Source: Alphaproteobacteria bacterium (GTDB lineage Bacteria; Pseudomonadota; Alphaproteobacteria; UBA828). Taken from it: a DNA stretch of 64,000 nt. The translations under genes and the position numbers were made by a program. The DNA lies in the NCBI GenBank assembly GCA_965220745.1, contig CBDCQT010000007.1, forward strand, positions 32,001 through 96,000, written 5' to 3'. The notes under the pieces were generated by a model that saw only the letters and a list, made by a program, of their open reading frames with translations, was not told the DNA's origin and searched no databases. This document shows, piece by piece, positions 9,482-18,795 of the stretch; position 1 is the stretch's first letter, and every line of letters starts with the position of its first letter.

Positions 9482-10788
9482 CCGGCTTCAGCCCCCGCGA
9501 GATCGTCTCCGAGCTCGATCGCTTCATCATCGGCCAGGACGACGCCAAGCGTTCCGTCGCCATCGCGCTTCGCAACCGCTGGCGGCGCCAGCAGCTGGCG
9601 GACGACCTGCGCGAGGAGGTGCTGCCCAAGAACATCCTGATGATCGGCCCCACCGGCGTCGGCAAGACCGAGATCGCGCGCCGCCTCGCGCGCCTCGCCC
9701 AGGCGCCCTTCATCAAGGTCGAGGCGACCAAGTTCACCGAGGTCGGCTACGTCGGCCGCGACGTGGAGCAGATCGTGCGCGACCTGGTCGAGGTCTCGAT
9801 CCACATGACCCGCGAGCGCATGCGCAAGGAGGTCGCGGCCAAGGCCGAGCTCAACGCTGAGGAGCGGGTGCTCGATGCGCTCGTCGGCAAGAACGCGACC
9901 AAGGAGACCCGCGGCAAGTTCCGCAAGATGCTGCGCGACGGCTCGCTTGCCGAGAAGGAGGTGGACATCGAGGTGAGCGAATCCGCCGCCTCGTCGCTGC
10001 CGACCTTCGATATCCCCGGCATGCCCGGCGCCCAGATGGGCATGGTCAATCTCGGCGACATGCTCGGCAAGGCGTTCGGCGAGCAGAAGAAGATCAAGCG
10101 CATGAGCGTGGAGGACTCCTACGACACCCTGATGGCGGAAGAGAGCGACCGGCTGTTGGATCAGGACGTGGTCGTGCGCACCGCGCTGGAGAACGCCCAG
10201 AACGACGGCATCGTCTTCATCGACGAGATCGACAAGATCTGCGCCCGCTCCGACCGCCTCGGCGCCGACGTGAGCCGCGAGGGCGTGCAGCGCGACCTCC
10301 TGCCGCTGATCGAAGGCACCACGGTCACCACCAAGCACGGCGCGCTCACCACCGACCACATCCTCTTCATCGCCTCCGGCGCCTTCCACCTGGCAAAGCC
10401 GGCGGACCTCCTGCCCGAGCTGCAAGGGCGGCTGCCGATCCGGGTCGAGCTGAATTCGCTCGCCCGCGACGACCTGAAGAAGATCCTGACCGAGCCCGAG
10501 AACAGCCTGATTCGCCAGTACCGCGCGCTGATGCAGACCGAGAACGTGACGCTCGACTTCAGCGACTGCGCCATCGACGCGCTCTCAGACCTCGCCGCCG
10601 AGGTCAACCGCGCGGTCGAGAATATCGGTGCGCGCAGGCTGCACACGGTGATGGAGAAGCTACTGGAGGATATCAGCTTCGAGGCCGCCGACCGCTCTGG
10701 AGAGACCATCACCATCGATGCGACTTACGTCGAGGCCCACGTGGGCGACCTCGCCAAGGACGCGGACCTCAGCAAGTTCATTCTCTGA
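9478..10788 (+). CDS. hslU: ATP-dependent protease ATPase subunit HslU
   Basis: [63 protein letters not shown]. Confidence 0.98.
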   Translation: MTGFSPREIVSELDRFIIGQDDAKRSVAIALRNRWRRQQLADDLREEVLPKNILMIGPTGVGKTEIARRLARLAQAPFIKVEATKFTEVGYVGRDVEQIVRDLVEVSIHMTRERMRKEVAAKAELNAEERVLDALVGKNATKETRGKFRKMLRDGSLAEKEVDIEVSESAASSLPTFDIPGMPGAQMGMVNLGDMLGKAFGEQKKIKRMSVEDSYDTLMAEESDRLLDQDVVVRTALENAQNDGIVFIDEIDKICARSDRLGADVSREGVQRDLLPLIEGTTVTTKHGALTTDHILFIASGAFHLAKPADLLPELQGRLPIRVELNSLARDDLKKILTEPENSLIRQYRALMQTENVTLDFSDCAIDALSDLAAEVNRAVENIGARRLHTVMEKLLEDISFEAADRSGETITIDATYVEAHVGDLAKDADLSKFIL

Positions 10789-10810
10789 GCTGGCACCCCC
10801 AAAAAAGGTT

Positions 10811-10940
10811 TCTTTGGCGGCCTATTGCGGCCTACTCCGGCCCAAAGCGGCCCAAGGTGGCCCAAGGTGGTCCAGAGCGGCGTCTCCCGCTGCGGCTCAT
10901 TCCGGCCCAAAGCGGCTCAAAGTGGCCCAAGGTGGCCTCT
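10811..10940. repeat. Degenerate 10-bp-period tandem repeat (CCCAARGYGG-like) in two blocks
   Basis: cctattgcgg cctactccgg cccaaagcgg cccaaggtgg cccaaggtgg tccagagcgg, then tgcgg ctcattccgg cccaaagcgg ctcaaagtgg cccaaggtgg. Confidence 0.85.
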
Positions 10941-10987
10941 CTCGATCCGCGACCGCGGCCGATTGCGGTGGCGACAGCGAGGATTGT

Positions 10988-11130
10988 CGCGCGGGCCTGA
11001 AAGATCCCGCGCGCGGAATAGACTCCAGCCCGTGCGCTCAATCCACCTGTCGCGACATGTCCGCTCTTGCAGGTCATGGCGCGATGATGGCGCACCCGCC
11101 CCGCGACGTGCACCGCACCATGGTCCGGGG
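10988..11130. repeat. Dispersed intergenic element, copy A (hairpin 10988-11013 plus 70-bp element 11061-11130)
   Basis: 56/70 ungapped identity with 42060-42129; hairpin loop CCTGAAAGAT equals the reverse complement of 42148-42157. Confidence 0.8.
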
Positions 11131-11147
11131 TCAAAGGCGCCCCGCCG

Positions 11148-11840
11148 TCAAATCCCCAAATACTCGTCCACGATCGCGCGGTCGGAGAGCTGCTCGGGCT
11201 TGATCGTCGCGACGATGGTGCCCTTCTGCATGATCAGCACCCGCTCCGCCAGCGCCTGGATGAAACGCAGGTTCTGCTCGACCAGGAGTACCGTGAGGTC
11301 GAGTGCGGCGGCAAGCTCGGCGAGCTTCGCCTGAATCTGATCGACGATGGAGGGCTGGATGCCCTCGGTCGGCTCGTCCAGAAGCAGCAGGCTTGGCCGG
11401 CCGGCGAGGCAGCGGGCGAGCGCCAGAATCTGCTGCTCGCCGCCGGAGAGCGCGCGCCCCGGCCGCTCTAGCAGCGCGTCCAGCAACGGGAAGTAGTCCA
11501 ATAGCTCCGGCACCGCGCTCTGGCCCCGCCGCACGATCTCGCCCATGCGCAGATTGTCCATCACGCTCAGCTGCGGATAGATGTCCCGCCCCTGCGGCAC
11601 GTAGCCGATGCCGAGCCGGGCGCGCCGGTGCATGGCGAGCCGCGTGATGTCCTCGTCCTCGAACACGATGCTGCCGCCGGTGGCCCTGATCTCCCCCATC
11701 AGCGTGCGCAGCAGCGTGGTCTTGCCCATGCCGTTGTGGCCGAGCACGCCCACGATCTCACCGCGCGCGATGGAGAAATCGATCCCGTTCAGGATCGGGA
11801 TGCGGCCGTAGCCGGCGTTGAGCCCTTCGACCTCAAGCAA
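11148..11840 (-). CDS. ABC transporter ATP-binding protein, UrtE/LivF-like
   Basis: GHNGMGKTT Walker A, GYVPQGR, LSGGEQQ, LLLDEPTEGIQP; TTG start inferred. Confidence 0.9.
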   Translation of the reverse strand: MLEVEGLNAGYGRIPILNGIDFSIARGEIVGVLGHNGMGKTTLLRTLMGEIRATGGSIVFEDEDITRLAMHRRARLGIGYVPQGRDIYPQLSVMDNLRMGEIVRRGQSAVPELLDYFPLLDALLERPGRALSGGEQQILALARCLAGRPSLLLLDEPTEGIQPSIVDQIQAKLAELAAALDLTVLLVEQNLRFIQALAERVLIMQKGTIVATIKPEQLSDRAIVDEYLGI

Positions 11841-12573
11841 GGCCCGACGTCCCCAGATAGACCTCCCGCACCGCCTGGTTGGCCTGGATGCGCGCCATGG
11901 TGTCCTCGGCCAGGATGCGGCCCTGGTGGAACACGGTGACGACATCGGCGATCTGGCGGATGAACTGCATGTCGTGCTCGACCACGACGATGGTGGTGGT
12001 CCGGTTCACCTCGCGGATCAGCGCCGCCGTGCGGTTGGTCTCCTCGATGCTCATGCCTGCCGTCGGCTCGTCGAGCAGGATGACCTTGGGCTCCAGCGCC
12101 ATGACCATGCCGAACTCGACCCACTGGCGCTGGCCGTGGGCGAGCGCGCCGAGCAGCTGCCAGCGGATGTCGCGAAGCTCCAGCCGGTCGAGGATCTCGT
12201 CCACCTTCGCGCGCGCGGCCCTTGCGCCGTGGCGCAGATGCGCCGCGAGCCACAGGTTCTCGTCCACCGTGATGCCGTCGTAGACGTCCGGTACCTGGTT
12301 CTTGATGCCGATGCCGAGGCGCGAGATCTCGTGCGGGTGCGCGCGGCTGATGTCGCGGCCGTCGAACAGCACCTGCCCTTTTGACGGCCTGATCTGGGCC
12401 GTGAGCATCTTGAAGAAGGTGCTTTTGCCGGCACCGTTCGGGCCGATCAGGCAGCGCAGCTCGCCCCGCCGGAGCGCGAAGTCGACGCCGGCGATGGCGC
12501 TCACGCCGCCGAAGCGCTTCTCCAGCGCCCGGGTCTCCAAGATCACCGCGTCCTCGCGCTCCGCCTCGCTCAT
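11833..12573 (-). CDS. ABC transporter ATP-binding protein, UrtD/LivG-like
   Basis: LIGPNGAGKST, LAHGQRQWVE, LLDEPTAGM, VVEHDMQFI. Confidence 0.9.
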   Translation of the reverse strand: MSEAEREDAVILETRALEKRFGGVSAIAGVDFALRRGELRCLIGPNGAGKSTFFKMLTAQIRPSKGQVLFDGRDISRAHPHEISRLGIGIKNQVPDVYDGITVDENLWLAAHLRHGARAARAKVDEILDRLELRDIRWQLLGALAHGQRQWVEFGMVMALEPKVILLDEPTAGMSIEETNRTAALIREVNRTTTIVVVEHDMQFIRQIADVVTVFHQGRILAEDTMARIQANQAVREVYLGTSGLA

Positions 12574-13679
12574 GGCCGACCTCCCTGCCGCCCACGCCGG
12601 CGCGGCGGAACGGGGCGGAAGCTGAGGCGCTGCACGAACTCGACCCATTGCTCGCGGATCGCCGCGCGGTCCAGCCAGTAGCCCGGCAGGGAGCCGATGC
12701 TCGGCAGCAGGCCCTTATGAAAGACGAGGACGAAGAGGATCAGCACCGCGCCCAGCACCAGCGTCACCTGACCCACGCCCTGGGTGCCGAGCCAGCCCTT
12801 GAAGTGCTCGATGGCGAAGACGCCCGCGATCGGCCCGATCAGGGTGCCCTTGCCCCCCACCAGCACCCACATGATGACGTCCGCCGCGCGGCCCAGGCTG
12901 AACATCTCCGGGTGCGCCAGCGGAATCGAGATGGCGTAGAGCGCCCCGCCGAGGCCGGCCACGCCGCCCGCCAGCATGAAGGCGAAGAGCTTGTAGCGCC
13001 GCGTGTCGTAGCCGAGCAGCTCGGTCCTGCGCTCGTTCTCGCGGATGCCCACCAGCACCCGGCCGAAGGGCGTGGTCAGGGTCAGCCGGAGCCCGATGTA
13101 GACCAGGATCATCAGCACCGCGCCGACCCAGAAGAACCAGTTGATGTCGAGCTGCACGCTCGGGTTCCACGGCACGTCGAGCTGCGGCACGGTGGGGATG
13201 CCGTTCTGCCCGTTCAGCCGCACCTTGCCGATGACGTACTGATCGCCGGAGGTGGCGCGGATGCCCTTCTCCAGGATCAGCGTGAAGACCAGGGTGATGA
13301 CGCTGAGATAGATCTCGCTGATGCGGCCGTAGATCATGAAGTAGCCGAGGATGCCGGCGCCGGCCGCGCCGAGGGCCACGGCGAAGAAGACCGAGCCCGT
13401 GGTCTCGCCGGTATTGAGCGCGAGCACGGTGAAGCCGTAGCCGCCGAGCCCGAAGAATGCGGTCTGCCCGAAGCTCAGGATTCCGCTGAAGCCCCAGAGG
13501 AAGCCCATGCTGAGGGCGAGCATCGCCATCCCGAAGAAGCGCGACATCTCCAGGATGACGAAGATCTCCAGGTGGAAGGGCATGGTGATGAAGAAGGCCG
13601 CGAGCGCCGCGATGAAGACCCACCACCACCACTTGGGGCGCTCGCTTGAGTGCTGCATCAGGGCGACGCCGTGGATCAT
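12570..13679 (-). CDS. ABC transporter permease, UrtC/LivM-like
   Basis: LWGFSGILSFGQTAFFGLGGY, FGRVLVGIRENERRTELLGY, VGGKGTLIGP. Confidence 0.9.
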   Translation of the reverse strand: MIHGVALMQHSSERPKWWWWVFIAALAAFFITMPFHLEIFVILEMSRFFGMAMLALSMGFLWGFSGILSFGQTAFFGLGGYGFTVLALNTGETTGSVFFAVALGAAGAGILGYFMIYGRISEIYLSVITLVFTLILEKGIRATSGDQYVIGKVRLNGQNGIPTVPQLDVPWNPSVQLDINWFFWVGAVLMILVYIGLRLTLTTPFGRVLVGIRENERRTELLGYDTRRYKLFAFMLAGGVAGLGGALYAISIPLAHPEMFSLGRAADVIMWVLVGGKGTLIGPIAGVFAIEHFKGWLGTQGVGQVTLVLGAVLILFVLVFHKGLLPSIGSLPGYWLDRAAIREQWVEFVQRLSFRPVPPRRRGRQGGRP

Positions 13680-13682
13680 CGC

Positions 13683-14543
13683 TCAGACCCCGCGGGTCAT
13701 GCGCCCGGTAATCCCGAGCGGCAGCAGCCTGAGCAGGATGATGGCCACGAACAGCACGGTCATCTCGCCGATCACCGAGCTGGAGACAGTGGCGACGATG
13801 CCGTCGATGGTGCTGAAGAGTCCGGAGGCACTCACCGTGCCGATCAGTGGCAGGTGCCCGCCGGTGATGACCGTGATGAAGGCCTTGGCCACGTAGACGA
13901 TGCCGAGGGTGGGATAGGCGCCGACGATTGGCGCCAGCACCGCGCCGGCGAGCCCGGTGAGCGCCGAGCCGAAGGCGAAGGTCAGCATGTAGACGAGGCT
14001 GCGGTTGACCCCTAACGCGGCCGAGATCGTCGGGTTCTGCATGGTGCCGCGCACGATCAGCCCGTAGCGGGTGAAGCGCCAGAAGGCGTAGACCGCGCCC
14101 AGCAACGCCACGGCAATCGCCATCATCACCAGGCCGTAGATGGGGAAGCCGAAGGCGCCCACCTGGACGTTGCCGAGCGGCGCCGCGACGCTCTCGGTCT
14201 GGGGTCCGAAGATCGTGGTGACACCGCCCACCAGCAGCAGGCTCAGCCCCCAGGTGGCGAGCAGCGTGTCGATGATACGGCCGTAGAGCCACCGGATGAT
14301 GAACCGCTCGACGATGATGCCGAACACACCCACGGCAAGCGCCGACAGAATGAACGAGAGCCAGAGGTTGATTCCGGCGTGGCTACAGAGCGTGCAGAAG
14401 TAGGCGCCGAGCATGAGGAACTCGCCCTGCGCCAGGTTGATCACCCGCATCATCCCGAAGATGACCGCGAGCCCGAGGCTGATCAGGATGAAGATCGAGA
14501 AGGAAAAGCCGATCTGGAAGAGATAGTTCGCGACCTGATCCAA
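13683..14543 (-). CDS. ABC transporter permease, UrtB/LivH-like
   Basis: LGLAVIFGMMRVINLAQGEFLMLGAY, LLATWGLSL. Confidence 0.9.
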   Translation of the reverse strand: MDQVANYLFQIGFSFSIFILISLGLAVIFGMMRVINLAQGEFLMLGAYFCTLCSHAGINLWLSFILSALAVGVFGIIVERFIIRWLYGRIIDTLLATWGLSLLLVGGVTTIFGPQTESVAAPLGNVQVGAFGFPIYGLVMMAIAVALLGAVYAFWRFTRYGLIVRGTMQNPTISAALGVNRSLVYMLTFAFGSALTGLAGAVLAPIVGAYPTLGIVYVAKAFITVITGGHLPLIGTVSASGLFSTIDGIVATVSSSVIGEMTVLFVAIILLRLLPLGITGRMTRGV

Positions 14544-14610
14544 CCGTCACCCCCGCCGCCCCGGCCGGGCGCACCGGGGCCAAACACGCATCCGGGAACG
14601 CAGGACGGCC

Positions 14611-14637
14611 CGTCGGCGGCGACCCGCGCCGCCGACG
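14611..14637. terminator. Perfect 11-bp stem-loop between the substrate-binding and permease genes (terminator or mRNA-stabilising hairpin)
   Basis: CGTCGGCGGCG-ACCCG-CGCCGCCGACG downstream of the SBP gene; no clear U-tract. Confidence 0.5.
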
Positions 14638-14683
14638 AACCCGGCGTCCCGGCTACGAAATTGTCGTCGTAACGCCCCGATCT

Positions 14684-15931
14684 CTACTCGACCTCGACCT
14701 CGTACTGGGTCTTGTCGTCGGGGTTGGCGTGGAGATCACAGACCTGCTGCGTATCCAGCGGCGGACGCTGTGAAAACGAGCGGATCACATCGAAGGTCTG
14801 CGTCATGTTGCCGCGCACGATGTGGATGTCCATGGTCGTGTGGTTGGTCTGCCCGTCCACCGTGTACTGGCCGCCGGCGCCGATCACGCTGACGTTGCTC
14901 GTCGCCAGCGCATCGATCACCGCATCGGAGCTGGCATCGCCCGCCTGACGCACCGCCTCGGCCCAGACCTTGATGCCGCGCTCGCCGTATTCGCCGTACT
15001 CGCCCACGTAGCCGGTGTCGCCGGTGTAGGCGTGGAAGCGGCTCACGAAGTCCTTGGCCTCGGCCGTGTCGAGGTCATCCACGAAGGAGGTCGCCAGGAT
15101 GATGCCGTTGCCTTCCTCGGGGCTGAGCTGGGTGTGCTCCAGGCCGACGCCGTAAGAGCCCGACGCCAACATCATGTTGTCCTTGCCGATCGAGGCCTCG
15201 AACTGGCGGTAGAAGGCGATGTGCGCGCCGCCCACCAGCGCCGACATCACCACGTCGGGCTTCGCCGCCTGGATGCGCGAAATCGCCGGCTGGAAGTTGG
15301 TCACGTCGAGCGGGAAGAACTCGACCGCCAGGTCCTCGCCGCCGTTGTCCCGGGTGAACTTCTGCATCCACTTGGACGTGATGTGGCCGTAGTTGTAGTC
15401 GGCCGCCAGGATGTAGGTGCGCTTGCCGCCGAGCTCGTTCACCACGTAGTCGAACAGCGGCTCGAGCTGCTGCGCCGGCACCATGCCGGTGGAGACGTGG
15501 CGGCGGTCGCAGACGCCCCCTTCATAGAGCGAATTGTAGAAGAGCAGCCCCTTGAAGCGGTTCACGATGGGGCGCATCACCTCACGCGAGGAGCTGGTGA
15601 TGCCGCCGTGCACCACCACGCACTTATCCTTGACCAGCGCCTCGGTGACGTACTGCGAGTTGTACTGGCCGTCGGACTGGGAATCGTAGAACACCAGCTC
15701 CAGCGGCCGGCCCAGCAGGCCACCAGCGGCGTTGATCTCGTCCACCGCCATCGCCGTCGCCTGGATCTGCTTCAGGCTGTAGATGTTGAGGATGCCGGTG
15801 CGGTCGAGGATGTTGCCGACCTTGATCGGATCCTCGCTGGCGATGCCGGCGCGGCGCAGAACATGAGGCAAGCTGGCGAAGGCCAGCGCGCCGGATGTTG
15901 CCTGGAAGAACTGTCTACGGCTCAGTCTCAT
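14684..15931 (-). CDS. Urea/short-chain amide ABC substrate-binding protein (UrtA/AmiC/FmdD-like), Tat signal
   Basis: MRLSRRQFF Tat motif; EINAAGGLLGR, GGITSSSREVMRP, YNSLYEGGVCD, LAADYNYG. Confidence 0.88.
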   Translation of the reverse strand: MRLSRRQFFQATSGALAFASLPHVLRRAGIASEDPIKVGNILDRTGILNIYSLKQIQATAMAVDEINAAGGLLGRPLELVFYDSQSDGQYNSQYVTEALVKDKCVVVHGGITSSSREVMRPIVNRFKGLLFYNSLYEGGVCDRRHVSTGMVPAQQLEPLFDYVVNELGGKRTYILAADYNYGHITSKWMQKFTRDNGGEDLAVEFFPLDVTNFQPAISRIQAAKPDVVMSALVGGAHIAFYRQFEASIGKDNMMLASGSYGVGLEHTQLSPEEGNGIILATSFVDDLDTAEAKDFVSRFHAYTGDTGYVGEYGEYGERGIKVWAEAVRQAGDASSDAVIDALATSNVSVIGAGGQYTVDGQTNHTTMDIHIVRGNMTQTFDVIRSFSQRPPLDTQQVCDLHANPDDKTQYEVEVE

Positions 15932-16024
15932 GGTCTGCTCCCTGCGATTGCGTGGGCGGTCCTTTACCGCCGGTGGGTCATCATAATTCCAGGAATGACG
16001 CCCGTTCAACAAACGCGTCGATGC

Positions 16025-16939
16025 TCAGAGCGTCTCGACGAGCGCCAGGCTCTCCTCCGCCATGGCGGCGATGAAGCGGTTCATCTTGCGCTTGAGCTGG
16101 GGCAGGTCGCGCGAGCGGGCAACTGTGGCCTCGTTCATGTAGAGCCGGCGGTTGACCTCGATCTGCAGCGCGTGCACGCGCTTGCCGGGCTGGCCGTAAT
16201 GGGTGGTGGTGTAGGCGCCGGCGTAGGGCTCGTTGCGCCTGACCGTTAAGTCCAGGTCACGCAGGATGCGCTCCGCCGTCTCGACCACAGCAGGCTCGCA
16301 GGAAGCGCCGAAGCGGTCACCCAGCACGATGTCAGGGCGGGGCGTTCCGCGGTCCCGGTCCGTCGGTCCGCCGACCGATGGCATCGAGTGGCAATCCAGC
16401 ACGAACGCCGCGCCGAAGTCGTGCAGCGTCGTCTCGATCAGCCCTTCCAGCGCCCGGTGATAGGGCCGGTAGAGCGTGTCGATGCGGCGCTCCGCCTCGG
16501 CGAAGGACATCTTGCCGGCATAGATTTCGGCGCCCGACGCCACCAGCTTGGCGATGGTGCCGAAGCCCGCGCGCACCCGGTCGGAGCGGGTCTTCACGTG
16601 GCTCGGCAGCGGCTCGGTGAACATCTCCGGGTCGAGCTCGTAGGGCTCGCGGTTGGGGTCCAGATAGGCTCGCGGGTAGAGCGCGCAGAGCAGCGGCGCT
16701 CCGCTCTCCGGCGCACCGGCGAAGATCTCGTCGACGAAGCTGTCTTCCGAGCGCCGCAGGTTCTTCTCGTCGAGCCGAGAGCTCGCGATGAAGGCGGGGT
16801 CGTAGTCGGTGCCGCTGTGGGGGGAGGTGAAGATGAGCGGCGCGGTCTGGCACGCCGGCAGGCGGACATCGATGACCCCGTTGACGGCCGCCAGGGTCTT
16901 TTCGGCGCGGCGCCGGGCGGCTTGTCCTCCTCGGCTCAT
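16025..16939 (-). CDS. N-formylglutamate amidohydrolase family protein
   Basis: SPHSGTDY, RRSEDSFVD, RAYLDPNREPYELD, LDCHSMPS, LGDRFG, HALQIEVNRRLYM. Confidence 0.9.
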   Translation of the reverse strand: MSRGGQAARRRAEKTLAAVNGVIDVRLPACQTAPLIFTSPHSGTDYDPAFIASSRLDEKNLRRSEDSFVDEIFAGAPESGAPLLCALYPRAYLDPNREPYELDPEMFTEPLPSHVKTRSDRVRAGFGTIAKLVASGAEIYAGKMSFAEAERRIDTLYRPYHRALEGLIETTLHDFGAAFVLDCHSMPSVGGPTDRDRGTPRPDIVLGDRFGASCEPAVVETAERILRDLDLTVRRNEPYAGAYTTTHYGQPGKRVHALQIEVNRRLYMNEATVARSRDLPQLKRKMNRFIAAMAEESLALVETL

Positions 16940-17027
16940 TCCTCGCGGTTTAGAGCAAAAGGCCGCCCCTGTCATCCGCGAGGCGGTTGCGCGCTCATGC
17001 GCGCGCGGACTTGACGGTGTCCCGCGC

Positions 17028-17056
17028 TTGACCGATACGCGCGTTCCCTCTAAAGA
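17028..17056 (+). promoter_or_regulatory. Putative sigma70 promoter of rpmB
   Basis: TTGACC-N17-TAAAGA, 30 nt upstream of the start codon. Confidence 0.45.
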
Positions 17057-17086
17057 AGCCGCTCTCTCATCCACGGAGCGCGAACC

Positions 17087-17383
17087 ATGGCACGCCGCTG
17101 CGAGCTGACCGGCAAGGGCGTCCTGACCGGCAACAACGTGAGCCACGCTCACAACAAGACCCGTCGGCGCTTCCTGCCCAATCTGCACGACAAGGCGCTG
17201 CACAGCGAAGCGCTGGGGCGGATGGTGCGGCTCAAGGTCTCGACCAGCGCGATCCGCACGGTGGAACGCCACGGCGGCCTCGACAGCTACCTGCTCAAGA
17301 CATCGGACGACCGGCTCTCCCAGGATGCCCGGCGTATCAAGCGCCAGGTGAGGAATGCCCGCGCGGCCAACGCCGCGGAATAA
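17087..17383 (+). CDS. rpmB: 50S ribosomal protein L28
   Basis: [33 protein letters not shown]. Confidence 0.98.
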   Translation: MARRCELTGKGVLTGNNVSHAHNKTRRRFLPNLHDKALHSEALGRMVRLKVSTSAIRTVERHGGLDSYLLKTSDDRLSQDARRIKRQVRNARAANAAE

Positions 17384-17559
17384 GCTCTTTCAGTTCCCTC
17401 AGACGCCGGGCGCTCACTCCGTTCGCTTGGCTTTCGCGCCGTTCGGCGCGGCGCGCGGTCGCGCGCTCCGGGCCTGCGGCCCGGCCCCTTTGCTGGTCGC
17501 ACCCCCTTTGTACCGCCACGCGTTGGCCGCATGAGGCCTGCGCCTTATAGTCCGCGGCC

Positions 17560-18144
17560 ATGAAGGCGCCGTTGCCGCTATCGCTGCTGCTCCCCATCGT
17601 CGCGATGATGGCGGTGATCGGGGTCTCCAACGTCGCCGTCCAGCACGCGATCAACGACTGGCTAACCTGGGGCGCGTTCACCTATCCGCTGGCGTTCCTG
17701 GTGACCGACCTCACCAACCGGGCCTGGGGGCCGGCGCGCGCGCGCACGGTGGCCTATGTAGGCTTCCCCTTCGGCATGGGGCTTTCCATCATCCTCGCGG
17801 TGGCGGCGGACATTCCTCTCTGGGAAGGCGTGCGCGTGGCGCTGGCCTCGGGCTTCGCCTTCATCTGCGCCCAGCTCTTCGACATCGCGCTGTTCCACCA
17901 GCTGAGGCGCGGCCTCTGGTGGCGGGCGCCGCTGGTCTCGTCGCTGTCGGCGTCTGCGCTCGATACCGCGATCTTCTTCAGCGCGGCCTTCGCGCTGACC
18001 GGCCTGCCGTGGGTGACCTGGGCGCTCGGCGACTTCGGCATCAAGGTGGGCATGGCCGCTGTCCTGCTGATCCCCTTCCGGCTGCTGATGCCCGTCATCG
18101 TCCCCTCCCTCTACAGCGACCCGCAACCTCAGGCGAGCCGATAG
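17560..18144 (+). CDS. VUT/YhhQ family queuosine-precursor transporter
   Basis: SNVAVQHAINDWLTWGAFTYPLAFLVTDLTNR, WWRAPLVSS, LDTAIFFSAAF. Confidence 0.88.
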   Translation: MKAPLPLSLLLPIVAMMAVIGVSNVAVQHAINDWLTWGAFTYPLAFLVTDLTNRAWGPARARTVAYVGFPFGMGLSIILAVAADIPLWEGVRVALASGFAFICAQLFDIALFHQLRRGLWWRAPLVSSLSASALDTAIFFSAAFALTGLPWVTWALGDFGIKVGMAAVLLIPFRLLMPVIVPSLYSDPQPQASR

Positions 18145-18147
18145 CCC

Positions 18148-18795
18148 ATGAGCGATAATCCGTTCCCCAACCTCCATGTGGTCGATCACCCGCTGGTGCA
18201 GCACAAGCTGAGCCACCTGCGCGACAAGACGACCTGGACCCCGCTGTTCCGCGATCTGTTGCGCGAGATCGCCTTGCTCATCGGCTACGAGATCACCAGA
18301 GGCCTGCCGATGGACCCGCGCACCATCGAGACGCCGCTGACGGAGATGGAGGCGCCCTTCCTGCGCGGCCGGAAGCCCGCGATCGTGCCGATCCTCCGCG
18401 CCGGCCTCGGCATGGCGGAGGGGCTGGCGGAGCTGCTGCCGACCGCACCGCTCGGCCACATCGGGCTCTACCGCGACCCGAACACCCACCGCCCGGTGGA
18501 GTATTACGTGCGGCTCCCGGCGGACACGAACCGCCTCTTCATCCTGGTCGACCCGATGCTCGCCACCGGCTATTCCGCCTCCTATGCGGTCGACCTGCTC
18601 AACCGGAACGGCATCGACGACAGCAACGTCCGCTTCATGGCCATGGTCGCCGCGCCCGAGGGCATGCGCGCCTTCAACGAGAAGCACGCGAGCGTCGAGG
18701 TATGGGCCGCAAGCCTCGACGAGTGCCTGAACGAGAAGGCCTATATCGTGCCGGGCTTGGGTGACGCGGGCGACCGCCTCTTCGGCACGGATTAA
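18148..18795 (+). CDS. upp: Uracil phosphoribosyltransferase
   Basis: [43 protein letters not shown]. Confidence 0.97.
   Translation: MSDNPFPNLHVVDHPLVQHKLSHLRDKTTWTPLFRDLLREIALLIGYEITRGLPMDPRTIETPLTEMEAPFLRGRKPAIVPILRAGLGMAEGLAELLPTAPLGHIGLYRDPNTHRPVEYYVRLPADTNRLFILVDPMLATGYSASYAVDLLNRNGIDDSNVRFMAMVAAPEGMRAFNEKHASVEVWAASLDECLNEKAYIVPGLGDAGDRLFGTD

Noticed and set aside
10811-10940. Possible CRISPR array
   Set aside because: Units are 10 bp, contiguous, with no unique spacers and no cas genes.
10718-11334. ORFs across the hslU-ABC intergenic region (161, 169 and 100 aa)
   Set aside because: Translations reflect the 10-bp repeat in shifting frames, lack recognisable domains and partly overlap real genes; not called as CDS.
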